NCBI RefSeq assembly: GCF_020745735.1
Contig: NW_026867443.1
Location: forward strand, 186,001-250,000
DNA length: 64,000 nt
Reading direction: 5' to 3'
Origin: Hemiscyllium ocellatum
Taxonomy: Eukaryota
Shown one piece after another: positions 9,560-21,728 of the stretch. Made by a program: the position numbers and the translations under genes. Position 1 is the stretch's first letter. The number at the start of each line of letters is the position of its first letter. The notes beneath the pieces are model-generated. The model worked only from the letters and a program-made list of their open reading frames with translations, ran no database searches and was not told the DNA's origin.

Positions 9560-12500
9560 AACTGGTTGGCAGGCAGCACAGAAAGAATGAGTCTTTTTCT
9601 GAATGGCAGGTAATAACAACTTAGGGTGCCACAGGGTCAGTCCTTGGTACCCAGTTATTCATAATAAATAACAATAGAGTCATAGGGGCCCAAAAGACCC
9701 ATCAGCCCATTGTGTCCATACTGGTCAAAAAACAACAACCCAATAATTGTCATCCATTTTTCCAGCAAAAGGGAATTAGATGCAATGTGTATTTAAGAAG
9801 GAATTAGATACAGTTCTTAGGATTAAAGGGATCAAAGAATGTGGGGAGAAAGTAGGAACAGGGGACTGTGTTGGATGAACAGCCATGATCATATTGAAGG
9901 GTGGAGCAGGCCTTGAAGGGCCGAATGGTCTACTGATGCTCCTGTGTTTGATGTTTCTATCTGTTTCTCAGATAATGAAGGAATGTCTCTCATCATGTTG
10001 AAGGTGGAAGTCAGATGAGTGTGGAGGTGGAAGATGTGGCCATGGTGATTAATGCAGGTCAGTAAGGTGGTTCAGAAGACACATGGGAGAAACTGTTTTT
10101 CTTTTTCCCTTAATGGAATGAGGGCATTGCTGGATCGGCAGCATTTATTGCCCATCCCTAATCACCCAGAGGGCAGTTTAGAGTCACCCACATTGCTGTG
10201 GGTCTGGGGTCACATGGTAAGGATGGCAGTTTCCTTCCCTAAAGGACATAAGGGAATCAGATGCTTTTCCTGACAATCAACGATGGTTTCATGGTCATCA
10301 TTAGACTCTTAATTGCAGATTTTGTTTTGATTGAATTTGAATGCCACCATCTGCTGGATTCTAACCCTGGTCCCCAGAACATTACCTGGATCTCTGGATT
10401 AACAGCTCAGCAATAACACCATTAGACCATCACCTCCCTTATCTCATTTTTGGTTGACTGTGAAAGCAAGGTATTTGTTTATTCTGGAACTGTATAAAAC
10501 CCCAGTTAGAGCACAGTGAGAGAACTGTGTACGGTTCTGGTCACCACATACAGGAAGGATGTGATTCCATTAGAGATGGGGACAGAGAAGGAGTTTGTCT
10601 GGAATGGGGACTTTGAGCTTTGCGGAATGATTGGATTGGCTGGGACTGTTTTCTTTGGAACACAGGAGGCTGAGGGGAGATTTGATGGTGGTGTGTAAAA
10701 TGATGAGGGGCCTGGACAGAGTGGGTAGGAAGGACTGATTTCCACCAGCACAGAGGGCAATAACCATGGGGAGAGATTGAAATCAGTTGGTGCAGGATTA
10801 GACGGGGGTTGAGGGTCTTTGTTTTCACCCAGAGCTTGGTGGGATGTGGGACTCACTGTCTGAAAGGGTGGGAGGGACAGAAACCCTCATCACATTGAAA
10901 AAACACTTAGATGTTCACTTGAAACAGCAAAGCTTCCAGAGCTATGGAGCAAGAGCTGGAAAGTGGGATGTAGCGTGGTATCTCTTTAACAAACCTCCGA
11001 TTACCCACAGATCAGGAGAACTTTATCCAAGAACATTGGAGAAGACTCGGATCCACACACGTCAGGAAAGAATCACGTTGGGTTGTCTGAGTAGAAGATT
11101 CTAGATTATATTTCAAACCTTGCTGCACACTATTGGGCTGAGGTCAAGGGTGAGGCTGCAAAGTGTCTCAGTGTCCTAGAGTCAGACAGGGTCACTGCTC
11201 CTAATGACCCCATGACTCCTGGAAGGTGAGAGTGCACAGACAATGGATGAGTATCCTGATCAGGAGACTCCAACCTTCAAGAAAGACTTGCACTTGTGTA
11301 GCACCTGTCCCCAACTCAGGGTGTCCCATTGGATCTTTCCAGCAGACTGTGCACAGCGAGATCCCAAACACCATGTGATAATTAGCAGAGAAATACATTC
11401 TGAGTGATTTTGACTGGGGGATAAATATTGACCAGGGACACCAGGGGGAACTGCCTGCTCTTCATCCAATAGTGCCATGGAATGGCATCTTTCACAACTG
11501 AAAGACTCTCAGTTATTCCAAAAAATGAAGAATAGTTCCTTGAAGATGAAGTTGCAGGTACATAGGGAAGTGACAAAGTTATTTGGTTTGCTTTCCTTTA
11601 TTTGTCAGTGCATTAGGTATTGGAGTTGGGAGCTGTTGCGGCTGTGCAGGACATTGGTTAGGGCACTTTTGGATTACTGTGTGCAATTCAGTTCTCCTTG
11701 CTGTAGGAAAAATGTTGCGAATCTTAAAATGATTTACAAGGATGTTGCCAAGGTTGGAGGGTTTGCATGAAAAGGAGAGACTGAATAGGCTGAGGCTGTT
11801 TTCCCTGGATCATTGCATGTTGATGGGTGACCGTATAGAGGTTTATAAAATCATGAGCGGCATAGATAAGGTGAATAGAGAAGATTTTTTCTCCAGAGTT
11901 GGGGAGTCCAGAACTGGAGGGCATAGGCTGAAGGTGACAGGGGAAAGATTTAAAAGGGACCTAAGGGACGTTTTCAATCAGAGGGAGTTAAATGTATGGA
12001 ATGAGCTGCCAGAGGAGGTGGTGAAGGCTGGGACAATTACAACATTTAAAAGACATGGGTATGTAAATAGAAAGATGTTAGAGGGATATGGGCCAAATGC
12101 TGGCAAGTGGGACTAGATTAATTTCGGATATCTGGTCAGCATGGACGAGTTGGACCAAAGGATCTGATTCTGTGCTGTCCATCTCTCTGACTCTAATTGT
12201 ATTTCAATCCAGCCCTTAACACATCAGGCTCTCCCAAAGACATTTACAGACAGTTTTGTTTGACAAGCAATCACTGTTGCAATGTCAGTAACGTGGCAGC
12301 CAGTTTCTGCACAGCAAGATCCCACTAGAAGCAATGAGATCAAAGACCAATAATGATGTTGGCTCAACGATAAATATTGGCCTGAACTCAACCCAAAGAG
12401 AAAGGAATTTGGTTCAGTTGGATGGAAAATGAGAAAATGGAAGGTAAAGGAGAAGGTAGGATTGCTGGTTAGTGATGGGATTGATTGTTACCAAAAATTA

Positions 12501-15310
12501 AAGAAAGGGATGGAATTTTTGAATATCAAAGGGATCATAAAAGTGCAGGGAAAATCAACAATAGAACAAACTTAAAGAGTTTGTATCTAAATGCACAAAG
12601 CAATCTGAGTAAGGTTGACAAAGTGATGTCACAAATCCAGGTAAATTGAGTTTCCAAGGAATTTAAACTAAAGTTGAGGAGGGCTCAGGAAAGGTTATTC
12701 AAGTTTCTAGAAGATGTAAAAGGACAGAGAGTACAGAAAGGATCAGGAATCGAACATAAAGCACAGCAGATAAGGGGACAATGATGGGAAGGAGGGCAAT
12801 CAATGCAGGACTGAGGGTGTTGTACTTAAATGCACACAATATACACAATGGGCTTGTAGTGCAGATTGAAACTGGCAGGTACGATGTTGTGGGTATCACA
12901 GAGACATGGCTGAAAGGGAATTCGGGCTGGGAACTAAATATTCAAGGATGCATGTCCCATCAAAAGGACGGGCAGATGGGCAGAGGGGGAAGAGTTGCCT
13001 TGTTAGTGAGAAATGAAATTAAATCAATAGCAAGAAGTGATGTAGAGTTAGAAGGTGTAGTATCTGTGTGGGTAGAGCTGAGGAACTGCAATAAATAAAG
13101 AATCTGATGCAAGTTATGTCCAGGTCTCCAAGCAGTGACCAGGGTGTGGGGAAGGAAATCAATTAGGAGACAGAAAATGTCAGGGCAGACTTCAATGGAT
13201 AGGTGGGCTGGGTAGTGTATCTCAAGGAAAGGATTTCATGGAATGTCGATGATTTTGGAGCAGCTTGTGGTTGAGCCATTATGGAACTGGCAGGTCTGGA
13301 TTCAGTGATGTGTATTGAGGCAAACTTGATTAGTGAGTTTAAGGTGAAAGTATCCCTGTGGATAAGTGACCATAATACGATAGAATTCCCCCTGTAGTTT
13401 GAGAGGGAAAAGTTGCAATCAGATTCAACAGTATTTCAGTTGAGTAAAGGTAACTCAATGTGGTGGAGAATAGTGGGAAGCCCGAGGATTAGGAAGCCTT
13501 TAAAAACCTGCAGGGGATAACTGAAAAAGCATTAAGGGTGGAGAATGTGAAATGTGGGAGTTATCTAGCCAGTAATATAAAAGAAGATTGCAGGAGTTTT
13601 ATCAGGTGTATAAAAAGGAAGAGGGAGTCAAAAATAGACTATGGATCACTGGAAAATGAGGCTGGAGAAAGAATAACAGGAAATGAAGGAATAGCAGAGG
13701 AATTGAATAGATATTTTGCCTCAGTCTGCACCATGGAAAACACCAGCAGTGTCCCAGTAATTCAAGACTGTCAGGGGCAGAGGGGAGTGCAGTGGCCATC
13801 ACTAAGGAGGAGGTACTGGGGAAGCTGAAAGGTCTGAATATGGATAACGCACCCAGACTGGATGAACTACACCCATGTGTTCTGAAGGAGATCGCTGAGG
13901 AGATTGTGGAGGCATTGGTGATGATCTTTCAGTAATCAATGGAGTCAGGGTATGGAGGTGAGATGGGGACGGATTTGGTGGGGGCAAGGGACAGGAAAAT
14001 GGCTCACATACCACCCCTGTTTCAGAAGGGAGGGAGGTAGAAGGTGGGACATTGTAGGCCAGTTAGCCAGGACTCAGTTGTTGGTAAGGTTTTAGACTTC
14101 AATTTAAGGATGAAATTGCAGAGGATTGGAAGTGCAATGGCTTCATCAAGGAGACGTCATGCCTGGCAAATCTGTTAGAATTCTTTGAGGAGGCAATGAG
14201 CCAGTCAGACAAAGGAGAGTCCGAGGAAGTAATCTCTTTGGATTTCCACAAGGCATTTGACATAAGATAAGCGCCCACAGTATTAGTGGCAATGTAGTGG
14301 CATGGATTGAAGACTGGCAGGTTGGCATAAAGCAGAGCATGAGGAACAATGGCCACTGGTGACTAGTAGAGTTCTGCAGTTGTCAATGTTATGGCCATAA
14401 CTATTCACGTTATACATTAACAATCTGGATGAAGGAAGTGAAGACATTGTTGCTAAGTTTGCACGTGACATGAGATAGGTGGAGGGACAGGTAGTGTTGA
14501 GGAAGTGGGAAGGCTGTAAAATCTCCTGGATAGGCTCGGAGAGTGGGCAAAGAAGTGGCAGATAGAACACAATGTGTGACAGTGTGAGGGTATGCACTTT
14601 GGTGGGAAGAAGAGATGCAAAGACTGTTTGCTAAATGAGGAAAGCTTTTGGAAATCTAAAGCACAAACCTCATTCAGGTTTCCCTTCAGGTTAACAGGCA
14701 GGTCCAGTTTGTGCTTGGGAAGGCAAATGAAATGTTCGCATTCATTTCAATAGGGCCAGAATACAAGAGCAGAGATGTACTGCTGAGGCTGTGTAAGGCT
14801 CTGGTCAGACCACATTTTGAATATTGTGAGCAGATTTGGGACCCATATTCTAAGTAACAATGTACTGGCATAGGAGGGGTTTACAAGAATGATCCTGGGG
14901 ATGAAAGGCTTGTCATATGAGGCGTGGTTGAGGACACTGTGTCTGTACTCGATGGAGTTTAGAAGAATGAGGAGGGATCTGATTGAAATTTGCAGAATAC
15001 TGATCGGCCTGGATAGAGTGGATGCAGGACAGACTCGGGAACCAAGGCACAGCCTCAGAATGAAGGGCCGACCCTTTTGAGCTGAGGTGAGGAGGAATTT
15101 CTTCAGCCAGAAGGTGGTGAATCTGTGGAACTCATTGTTACAGACGGCAGGGGAGGCCAAGTCACTGAGTGTATTTAAGACAGAGATAGATAGGTTCGTG
15201 ATTGTGAAGGGGATCGAACGTTCCTGTGGAGTAGGCAGGAGAATGGGGGTGAGAAGCATATCTGCCAAGATCAAATGGCAGAGCAGATTCAATGGGCTGA
15301 ATGGCTGATT
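9560..15310 (+). mobile_element. Nested decayed CR1-type LINE fragments in the J-C intron of cluster 1
   Basis: Endonuclease motifs LRVLYLNAHNI...YDVVGITETWL (12781-13098) and RT-tail motifs RLNRLRLFSL...EVYKIM...FNQR...WNELP (11742-12116, 14889-15308). Many stops and frameshifts. Confidence 0.8.
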
Positions 15311-17998
15311 TCTGCTCCTATTTCTTAAAGACTTCTGGAGAGTTTCCCCAAAACCTTGGAACACTGAACCCACTGGACTGTGAGCCCTGCTGGAGCTGTT
15401 TGTCATCAGAACTTTGCCAAGAGACAAACAAAGAGTGGAGAGAGTGTGCATCCATGTGGGAATTTCAGAATGTTTCCCAGCTCCTGGAATACCATGAGTA
15501 CAGGAAGTGAGGTCTGTGACAGCAGTTAGAGCTCTGTGTTTTGGAGCTTGAGCAGCAGCTGGTGTCAGCGCAGAGCGTCTGTGAGGCTGAGAGCTCCGTG
15601 GAGAGCACGTTTCTAGATGTGGTCACTCTGCAGCCTCAGAGTATGCAGGGAGAGAGGGAATGGGGGAGCAGCAGACAGTCCAAAAGGATCAGGCAGCTAG
15701 TATAGGAGTCCCCAGGCATCCTACTCTCCAACCAGGATACAGTTCAGAATCCTGATGAGAATTATGGTTCATCTGGAGAGTGCAGCCAGAGCCAAGTCCA
15801 TGGCATCACTGGTGACTCAGCTATAATGGGGGGTTGCCGGGGCGGGGGGGTGTGGGGGTGAGGGGTGGTGGGGTGGTATTAGCAAGACTGGAAGAGTGAT
15901 CGTAAAAGGAGATTTGAGACTGAGGGCATCGATAGGTGTTTCTGCAGCTGCAGATGGGAATCCAGGATGGTGTGTTGTCTCCCTGGTGCCAGCGTCAAGG
16001 ATGTCACTGAGCGACTGCAGAGCACCCTGAGGGGAGAGGGGGAATAGGCAGCAGTCGTGGTCCACATCGGTCCCAGTGACAGAGGGAGAAAAGGGATGTA
16101 GTCCTGCAGTCAGAATTTAGGGAGCTCAGAAGGGAATTAACATCAGGAACTCAAAAGTAGGAATCTTCAGGTTACTCCCAGTGCCCCAGGCAAGTGACAA
16201 GAGGAGCAGGAGGATAACACAAGTGACTGTGGGGCTGGAAAGAGAATCCAGGAGGGAGGCTTTTAGATTCTTGTGACATCGGGACTGGGTCTGGGGGAGA
16301 TGGGACCTGGATAGACCAGACAGCGTTGCTCCTGAACAGAGCTGGCACTGAGCTCCTTTGAGGTGATCTACTCGTGCTGTTGGAGAGGGTTTAAACTAAC
16401 TTGGCAGAGCTGTGGGAGTCAGGAGGGAATGTCAGAGAGGAACACCAAGGTCCACAGAATCATCAGTGCAGTCAATAAGTCACCACCCAATGGGAAGGAT
16501 TTAGAGGAATACATTTGCAAGGAATTTACAGTGACCTGCAAATATAATAGTCATTACAAATGGGGTTGGGGGGGTGGAATTTCTTTAATTTCTGAATATA
16601 GACTGGGGTAGTAGCAGTGTGAAGGACAGAGGGGCCAGAGTCGTGAGAGTGTGTTCATGTGAATTTTCTCCAGCTGCATGTTTCCAGTCCAATGAGAAAG
16701 GAGGCTCTGCTAGATCTGGATCTTGGGAATGAGGAGGCCCAAGTGGATCAAGTGTCAGTGAGAGGACACTTAAGGAAGAGTGATCATTGTATCACAAAGT
16801 TGAGGGTGACGGTAGAAAGGAACAAAGGCCTTTTCAGGGTCAAACATCTTCACTGGGGAAAATGCCAGCTTCTATAGGATATGGATGTATCGGATCTGAA
16901 TAAAGTGGGATCAAAGGTTGGCAGGAAAGTCCTGAAAAGAATAGTAGAGGATGTGGACCAGGTATAGTCGAGATACATTTGAAGGAGGGCAAACAATTCC
17001 TGAACTTACTCAAGGGGGAAAGTGGTAGAATTATGGTAAATAAGAAAAGGGCAAAAGAGTAACTAGAGAGAGAATAGGGCCCCATGAAGATGAACAATGT
17101 ACCTCTGGGTGGATCCACAGGAAATGGTTTAGGTCTTAAATGAATATTCCAGGTCAGTATTTATCATGGAGAAAGACATGGAAATTTGGGAACTTGGGAA
17201 ATAAATAGTAATGTCTTGACACAAGTCCACATTATAGAAGAAGATTTCTTAAAGTGCAAGACGGTAGATAAATCTCCAGGACCTGATCAGGTGTATCCCA
17301 GGACATTGTGGAAAGCGAGGAAAGAGATTGCTGGACCCCTTGCTGAGGTATGTTTCTGATTGACCGCCATGAGTGAGGTTCTGGAGAAGCAGAGAGGTTG
17401 GCTAATGTTAGCCATTATTTAAGAAAGGCTGTAAGGAAAAGCCAGGGAAATATAATCCAGTGAGCCTGAAGTCAATGCTGGGTAAGTTATTGGAGTGAAT
17501 TCTGAGGGACAGGATTTACATGCATTTGGACAATCAATGCAGTTTTGTGCATGGTAATCGTGTCTCACTAACGTGATTGAGGTTGTTTGAAGAGAAGATT
17601 GATGTAGGCAGAACAGTACACACTGTCTATATGGACTCCAGCAAAGCATTTGACAAGGTTCCACATGATAGACTGATTAGTAAGATTAGGCCACATGGGA
17701 TCCAGGGGGAGCTAGCCATTTGGGTAAAAAAAAGGACTTCAAGATAGGAGACAGAGAGTGGTGGTAAGTGGTTGCTTTTCAGACTGGAGGTCAGATGTCA
17801 GCTGTGTGCCACAAGGATTGGTGCTGGGTCCATGGCTTTTCATCATTTAAATAAATGATTTGGATGTGAATATAGGAATTATGGCGAGTTTGTAAATGAC
17901 ACCAAAATTGGTGGTACAGTGGATAGTGAAGAAGCTTATCTGAGAGTACAGTTTAACCTTGATCATTTGGGGAAATGGGCAGAGGTGTGGCAAATGGA

Positions 17999-18210
17999 CA
18001 AAAGTGCAGACTGCAGATGCTGGAAAACAGAGTTTAGATCAGAGTGGTGCTGGAAAAGCACAGCATGTCAGGCAGCATCCGAGGAGCAGAAAAATCGACT
18101 TTTCGGCTAGAGGAATACTAATGAAGGGCTTTTGCCCGAAATATCGATTTTCCTGCTCCTCGGATGTTGCCTGACCTGCTGTGCTTTTCCAGCACCACTC
18201 TGATCTAAAC
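17999..18210 (+). mobile_element. Short hairpin-forming Penelope-type element with target-site duplication
   Basis: 75-bp inverted arms at 18032-18106 and 18136-18210. 14-bp flanking duplication GTGTGGCAAATGGA (17985-17998) / GTGTGACAAATGGA (18211-18224). Degenerate hammerhead core CTAATGA...GAAA. Confidence 0.8.
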
Positions 18211-18325
18211 GTGTGACAAATGGAGTTCAATTTAGATAAATGTGAGATGTTGCATTTTGGAAAATCAAACCAGGGCAGGAGTTATACTGTTAATGGTGGG
18301 GCCCTGTGGAGTGTTGCTCAACAAA

Positions 18326-18458
18326 NNNNNNNNNNNNNNNNNNNNNNNNNNNNNNNNNNNNNNNNNNNNNNNNNNNNNNNNNNNNNNNNNNNNNNNNNNN
18401 NNNNNNNNNNNNNNNNNNNNNNNNNNNNNNNNNNNNNNNNNNNNNNNNNNNNNNNNNN
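18326..18458. other. Assembly gap (133 N)
   Basis: Run of N within a CR1 fragment in the J-C intron of cluster 1. Confidence 1.
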
Positions 18459-19340
18459 GACAGTGAAGTCACAGGGAGACAGGGAGATGAAGAAGGTGTT
18501 AGGTACACTTGCCTTTATTGGTCACTGCACTAAGTATCAGAGTTGGGACATCATTAACAGCTGTACAGGAAATTGGTGAGGCTATTTTGGGAATAACGTG
18601 GACAATTCTGATCATCCTGTGATAGGAAGGATGCTGTTCAACTTAAAATTCTGCAGAAAAGATTTACATGGATGTTGCCTGGAACTGGAGGGTTTGAACT
18701 GTCGGAAGAGGTTATTTTTCCTGCAGGATCGGAGACTGAGGGGTGGCCTTATAGATGTTAATAAAATCTTGACAGGCATGGACAGGGTGTATATCCCAGG
18801 TCTTTGCCTTGGGAAAGGGAATGCAAAACTAGAGGGTATAGGTTTAAGATGAGAGGCAAAAGATCCAAAAGGGACCTAAGGGGTAACTTGTCACACAGAG
18901 GGTGGTGCGTGTCCAGATCGAGCTGTCAGAGAAAGTGCTGGAGACGGATACAATTATAACATTTAAAAGATGTTTGGATGGGTACATGAATAGGAAGGGT
19001 TTAGAGGGATGTGGGCTAAATGCTGGCAAATGGGATGAGGTCAGTTTTGGATATCTAGTTAGCATGGAAGAGTTAGACCGAAAGATCTGTTTCCACGCTG
19101 TCTGACTCTGTGACCATTAGTGGCTGGAAAAACAGATCTTTTACCCTGAAGTGCCGGAGGCTGAGGAGTGACCTTACAGAGGTTTATAAAATCATGAGGG
19201 ACATAAATAATGTGAATAATGCAGGAAGGAGGTGAATGTTTTGTAGAGCTGGCAAACATATGCACAAAGATCATTCCAGGGATGAGGAATATCAGTTATG
19301 AAGATAGATTGGAGAATTTGGGACTGTCTTCTTTGGAGAA

Positions 19341-19547
19341 AGTTACAGATCACACAACATCAGGTTATAGTCCAACAGGTTAATGTGGAAGCACTAGCTT
19401 TTGGAGCGCCGCTGACAACCATTTGATGAAGGAGGGGCGCTCCGAAAGCTGGTGCTTCCAAATAAACCCCCTGTTGGACTATAACCTGGTGTTGTGTGAT
19501 TTTTAACTTTGTCCACCCCAGACCAACACCGGCACATTCAATTCTTA
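19341..19547 (+). mobile_element. Second-family hairpin Penelope-type element with hammerhead-like core
   Basis: Inverted arms ~19349-19410 and 19436-19500. Core TTGATGA-A-GGAG...CTCC-GAAA-GCTG. GGAGAA duplicated at 19335-19340 and 19548-19553. Absent at the homologous site in cluster 2. Confidence 0.7.
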
Positions 19548-19740
19548 GGAGAAGGCAGCGAGGAGAATTGTTCCAGAAATTCAAAATCAGGAGGGGCCTG
19601 GAACAGAGTAAATCGGGAGAAAATGATTCCACTTGTGAAAGGATTGAGACCGAGAGGCCACAGATTGAAAGTAATTGGAATAGTAAGAAAAGTGAGATGA
19701 GGGAAAACATTTTCAGCCAGTGGGTGGTTAAGGTGTGGAA

Positions 19741-20232
19741 CATAGAAACATAGAAACAGAGAAAGATACAGCGCAGTACAGGCCCTTCGGCCCTCGATGT
19801 TGCGCCGACCGAATCCTACCTAACCTACACTAGCCCAATAACTTCCAAATGCCTATCCAATGCCCGCTTAAATGACCATAAAGAAGGAGAGTTCACCACT
19901 TCTACTGGCAGGGCATTCCATGAACTCATGACTCGCTGCGTAAAGAATCTACCCCTAACATCTGTCCTATACCTACCACCCCTTAATTTAAAACTGTGTC
20001 CCCTAGTAACACCTGACTCCATTAGCGGTAAAAGGTTCTCAGTGTCGACTCTATCTAAACCCCTAATCATCTTATACACCTCTATCAAATCTACCCTAAA
20101 CCTTCTCTTCTCCAATGAGAACAGCCCCAAGTGCCTCAGCCTTTCCTCATAAGATTTTCGTACCATTCCAGGCAACATCCTGGTAAACCTCCTCTGCACT
20201 CGTTCGAATGCCTCCACATCCTTCCTATAGAA
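19741..20232 (-). mobile_element. Young 5'-truncated CR1 LINE insertion
   Basis: Uninterrupted 130-aa RT C-terminus (ERVQRRFTRMLPG...YEERLRHLGLFSLEKRR...FFTQRV...WNALP), (TTTCTATG)n tail and retained CpGs. The empty site is present in cluster 2 near 50980-51000. Confidence 0.85.
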
Positions 20233-20889
20233 TGCACTGCCTGAGAGTGTGGTGGAGGCAGCTTCAATTGAAACATTCCGAAGGGAATGAGACTGTTATC
20301 TGAAAAGGAACAATGTGCAGGGTGACAGGGAGAAGGCAGGAGAATGACACTCAGTCAATTGCTCATTCGGAGAACTAGTCCAGACAGGATGGACGGAATG
20401 GCCTTCTTGTGCGCTGTAACAATTCTGTGATTGTGTGATTGAGCAGAGCTAAAGCTGGGGGAGGTGGGAGCTTGGTGTCTCACTGTGCTGCTGCTGCTGC
20501 TGCTGCTGCTGCTGAGGTCAGTGAGATCAGAGGCTGGGACAGGGAGCCAGAGCATACATCAAACTCTGCCCCGTGTCCGTCACACTGAGACTGGCAGGAG
20601 GCTACTCACTGATTTCACTCCATGCTGCAGGAATGGGACCACAGGCTGCAAATGGACAGAGCTCCTCCACACGGTGAGTAAAACTTACTGACTTATATCT
20701 TGCTTTTTTTAAAGCGGGCATGAAAGTAAAGAAATACAGCTGGACACCCTGTTAGACACAGTGCTCCTCAATCAACCATTTCATTCACTGCAGCTCCCCA
20801 CTAACACCTTCAACAAATCAGCAACTGTATTTTAGAAAGTGTGTTTCAGTATTGACAGGGTTAATAACAGAGGATTGAGGTTTACTTAC

Positions 20890-20924
20890 TCAGTCTGAGC
20901 TTGGTTCCTTTACCGAACGTAAGC
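20890..20924 (-). CDS. IGKJ: Ig kappa-type J segment, cluster 1 (J1), LTFGKGTKLRL
   Basis: G CTT ACG TTC GGT AAA GGA ACC AAG CTC AGA CTG A, with the FGxGT motif and a phase-1 GTAAGT donor at 20889-20884. Directly flanked by a 23-RSS. Confidence 0.97.
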
Positions 20925-20963
20925 CACAGTGAGAGCTCCCAGTGCAGAGGCTGTACAAAAACC
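20925..20963 (+). other. 23-bp-spacer recombination signal sequence of J1
   Basis: CACAGTG (20925-20931), 23-nt spacer, ACAAAAACC (20955-20963): perfect consensus. Confidence 0.98.
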
Positions 20964-21401
20964 TCAGCTCTCTGCTTTCCTCTTATCACTGTCAACCTCT
21001 CTCTGTCTCTGTCTGTCTCTCACTCACTCTCACCCTCTCCCTGTCCCTCTCTGTCTCTCCCTCATTCATGTGTCTTTCTCTCTCCGTCTCTCTGGGTTGT
21101 TTCCAGCTGGGCACAGGAGGTTTGTGAAATTTATTTTTCGATGTTAAATCTTGCAGCAGCTCTTCACATGTGGCCATGGAGTGTAAGAGGGAAACTAGAG
21201 GCCTTCAGTGAGCGTTGAAACACCACAGGGATTGGAGTGTGTCGTGGACAGTGGCAATCCCAGTTTGGGGTAATTTGATCAGTTTCATTTAGATCTAACT
21301 GTGGATATATCAGTTCAGGCAGTAAGACTGTGTGTCCATTATTATACATTTTATGTAACTGTGGGATGTGTCAGTACAGGAGGTAGTGCTTTATGTATTG
21401 A

Positions 21402-21429
21402 GGTTTTTGTACAGCTCTGTATCACTGTG
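21402..21429 (-). other. 12-bp-spacer recombination signal sequence of V1
   Basis: On the minus strand CACAGTG-ATACAGAGCTGT-ACAAAAACC: perfect consensus. V-12/J-23 is the kappa configuration. Confidence 0.98.
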
Positions 21430-21728
21430 TAGAGGGTAGCTGTAATCCTGCATACAGTAATAATCAGCGACATCCTCATTCTGAACGTTGCTGATTGTCA
21501 GGGTGTAACTGGTCCCTGATCCACTGCCGGTGAATCGCTCGGAGACTCCTGTGAATCGAGTTGTTGCATCATAGATCAGGAGCGAGGGGTTCTGACCTTC
21601 TCGCTGCTGGTACCAAGCAAGGTTGCTGCTAATGCTTTGACTGGCCGTACAGGTGAGTGTTGCAGTCTGGCCCAGTCCCACTGACAGCACCGGGGGAGAC
21701 TGGGTCATGGTGATGTCCCCACTGATAC
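21430..21728 (-). CDS. IGKV: Ig kappa-type V exon, cluster 1 (V1), unrearranged
   Basis: Acceptor CCCCTCAG, then the open frame (G)[99 protein letters not shown] ending at the heptamer. Confidence 0.97.

Larger units (their letters stand above)
15360..19330 (+). mobile_element. Long decayed CR1 LINE (ORF1 zinc-finger/esterase region, then ORF2) with nested insertions
   Basis: ORF1-like text (ELEQQL...RVREAESSVESTFLDVVT, AAVVVHIGPSD), then endonuclease and RT remnants. The ORF1 part is matched in inverted orientation at 51640-52530. Confidence 0.75.

Noticed and set aside
20481-20487. Isolated sense-strand CACAGTG heptamer in the J-C intron (also 50730-50736), reminiscent of the mammalian intron RSS used by the kappa-deleting element
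   Set aside because: No nonamer at 12 or 23 nt, and no KDE-like 23-RSS found downstream of either C. Heptamers are frequent by chance, and presence in both arms only reflects shared ancestry.
21430-21460. Germline-joined VJ (known in some shark light chains)
   Set aside because: Both V exons end in an intact RSS and J1 retains its own RSS, so neither cluster is pre-joined.
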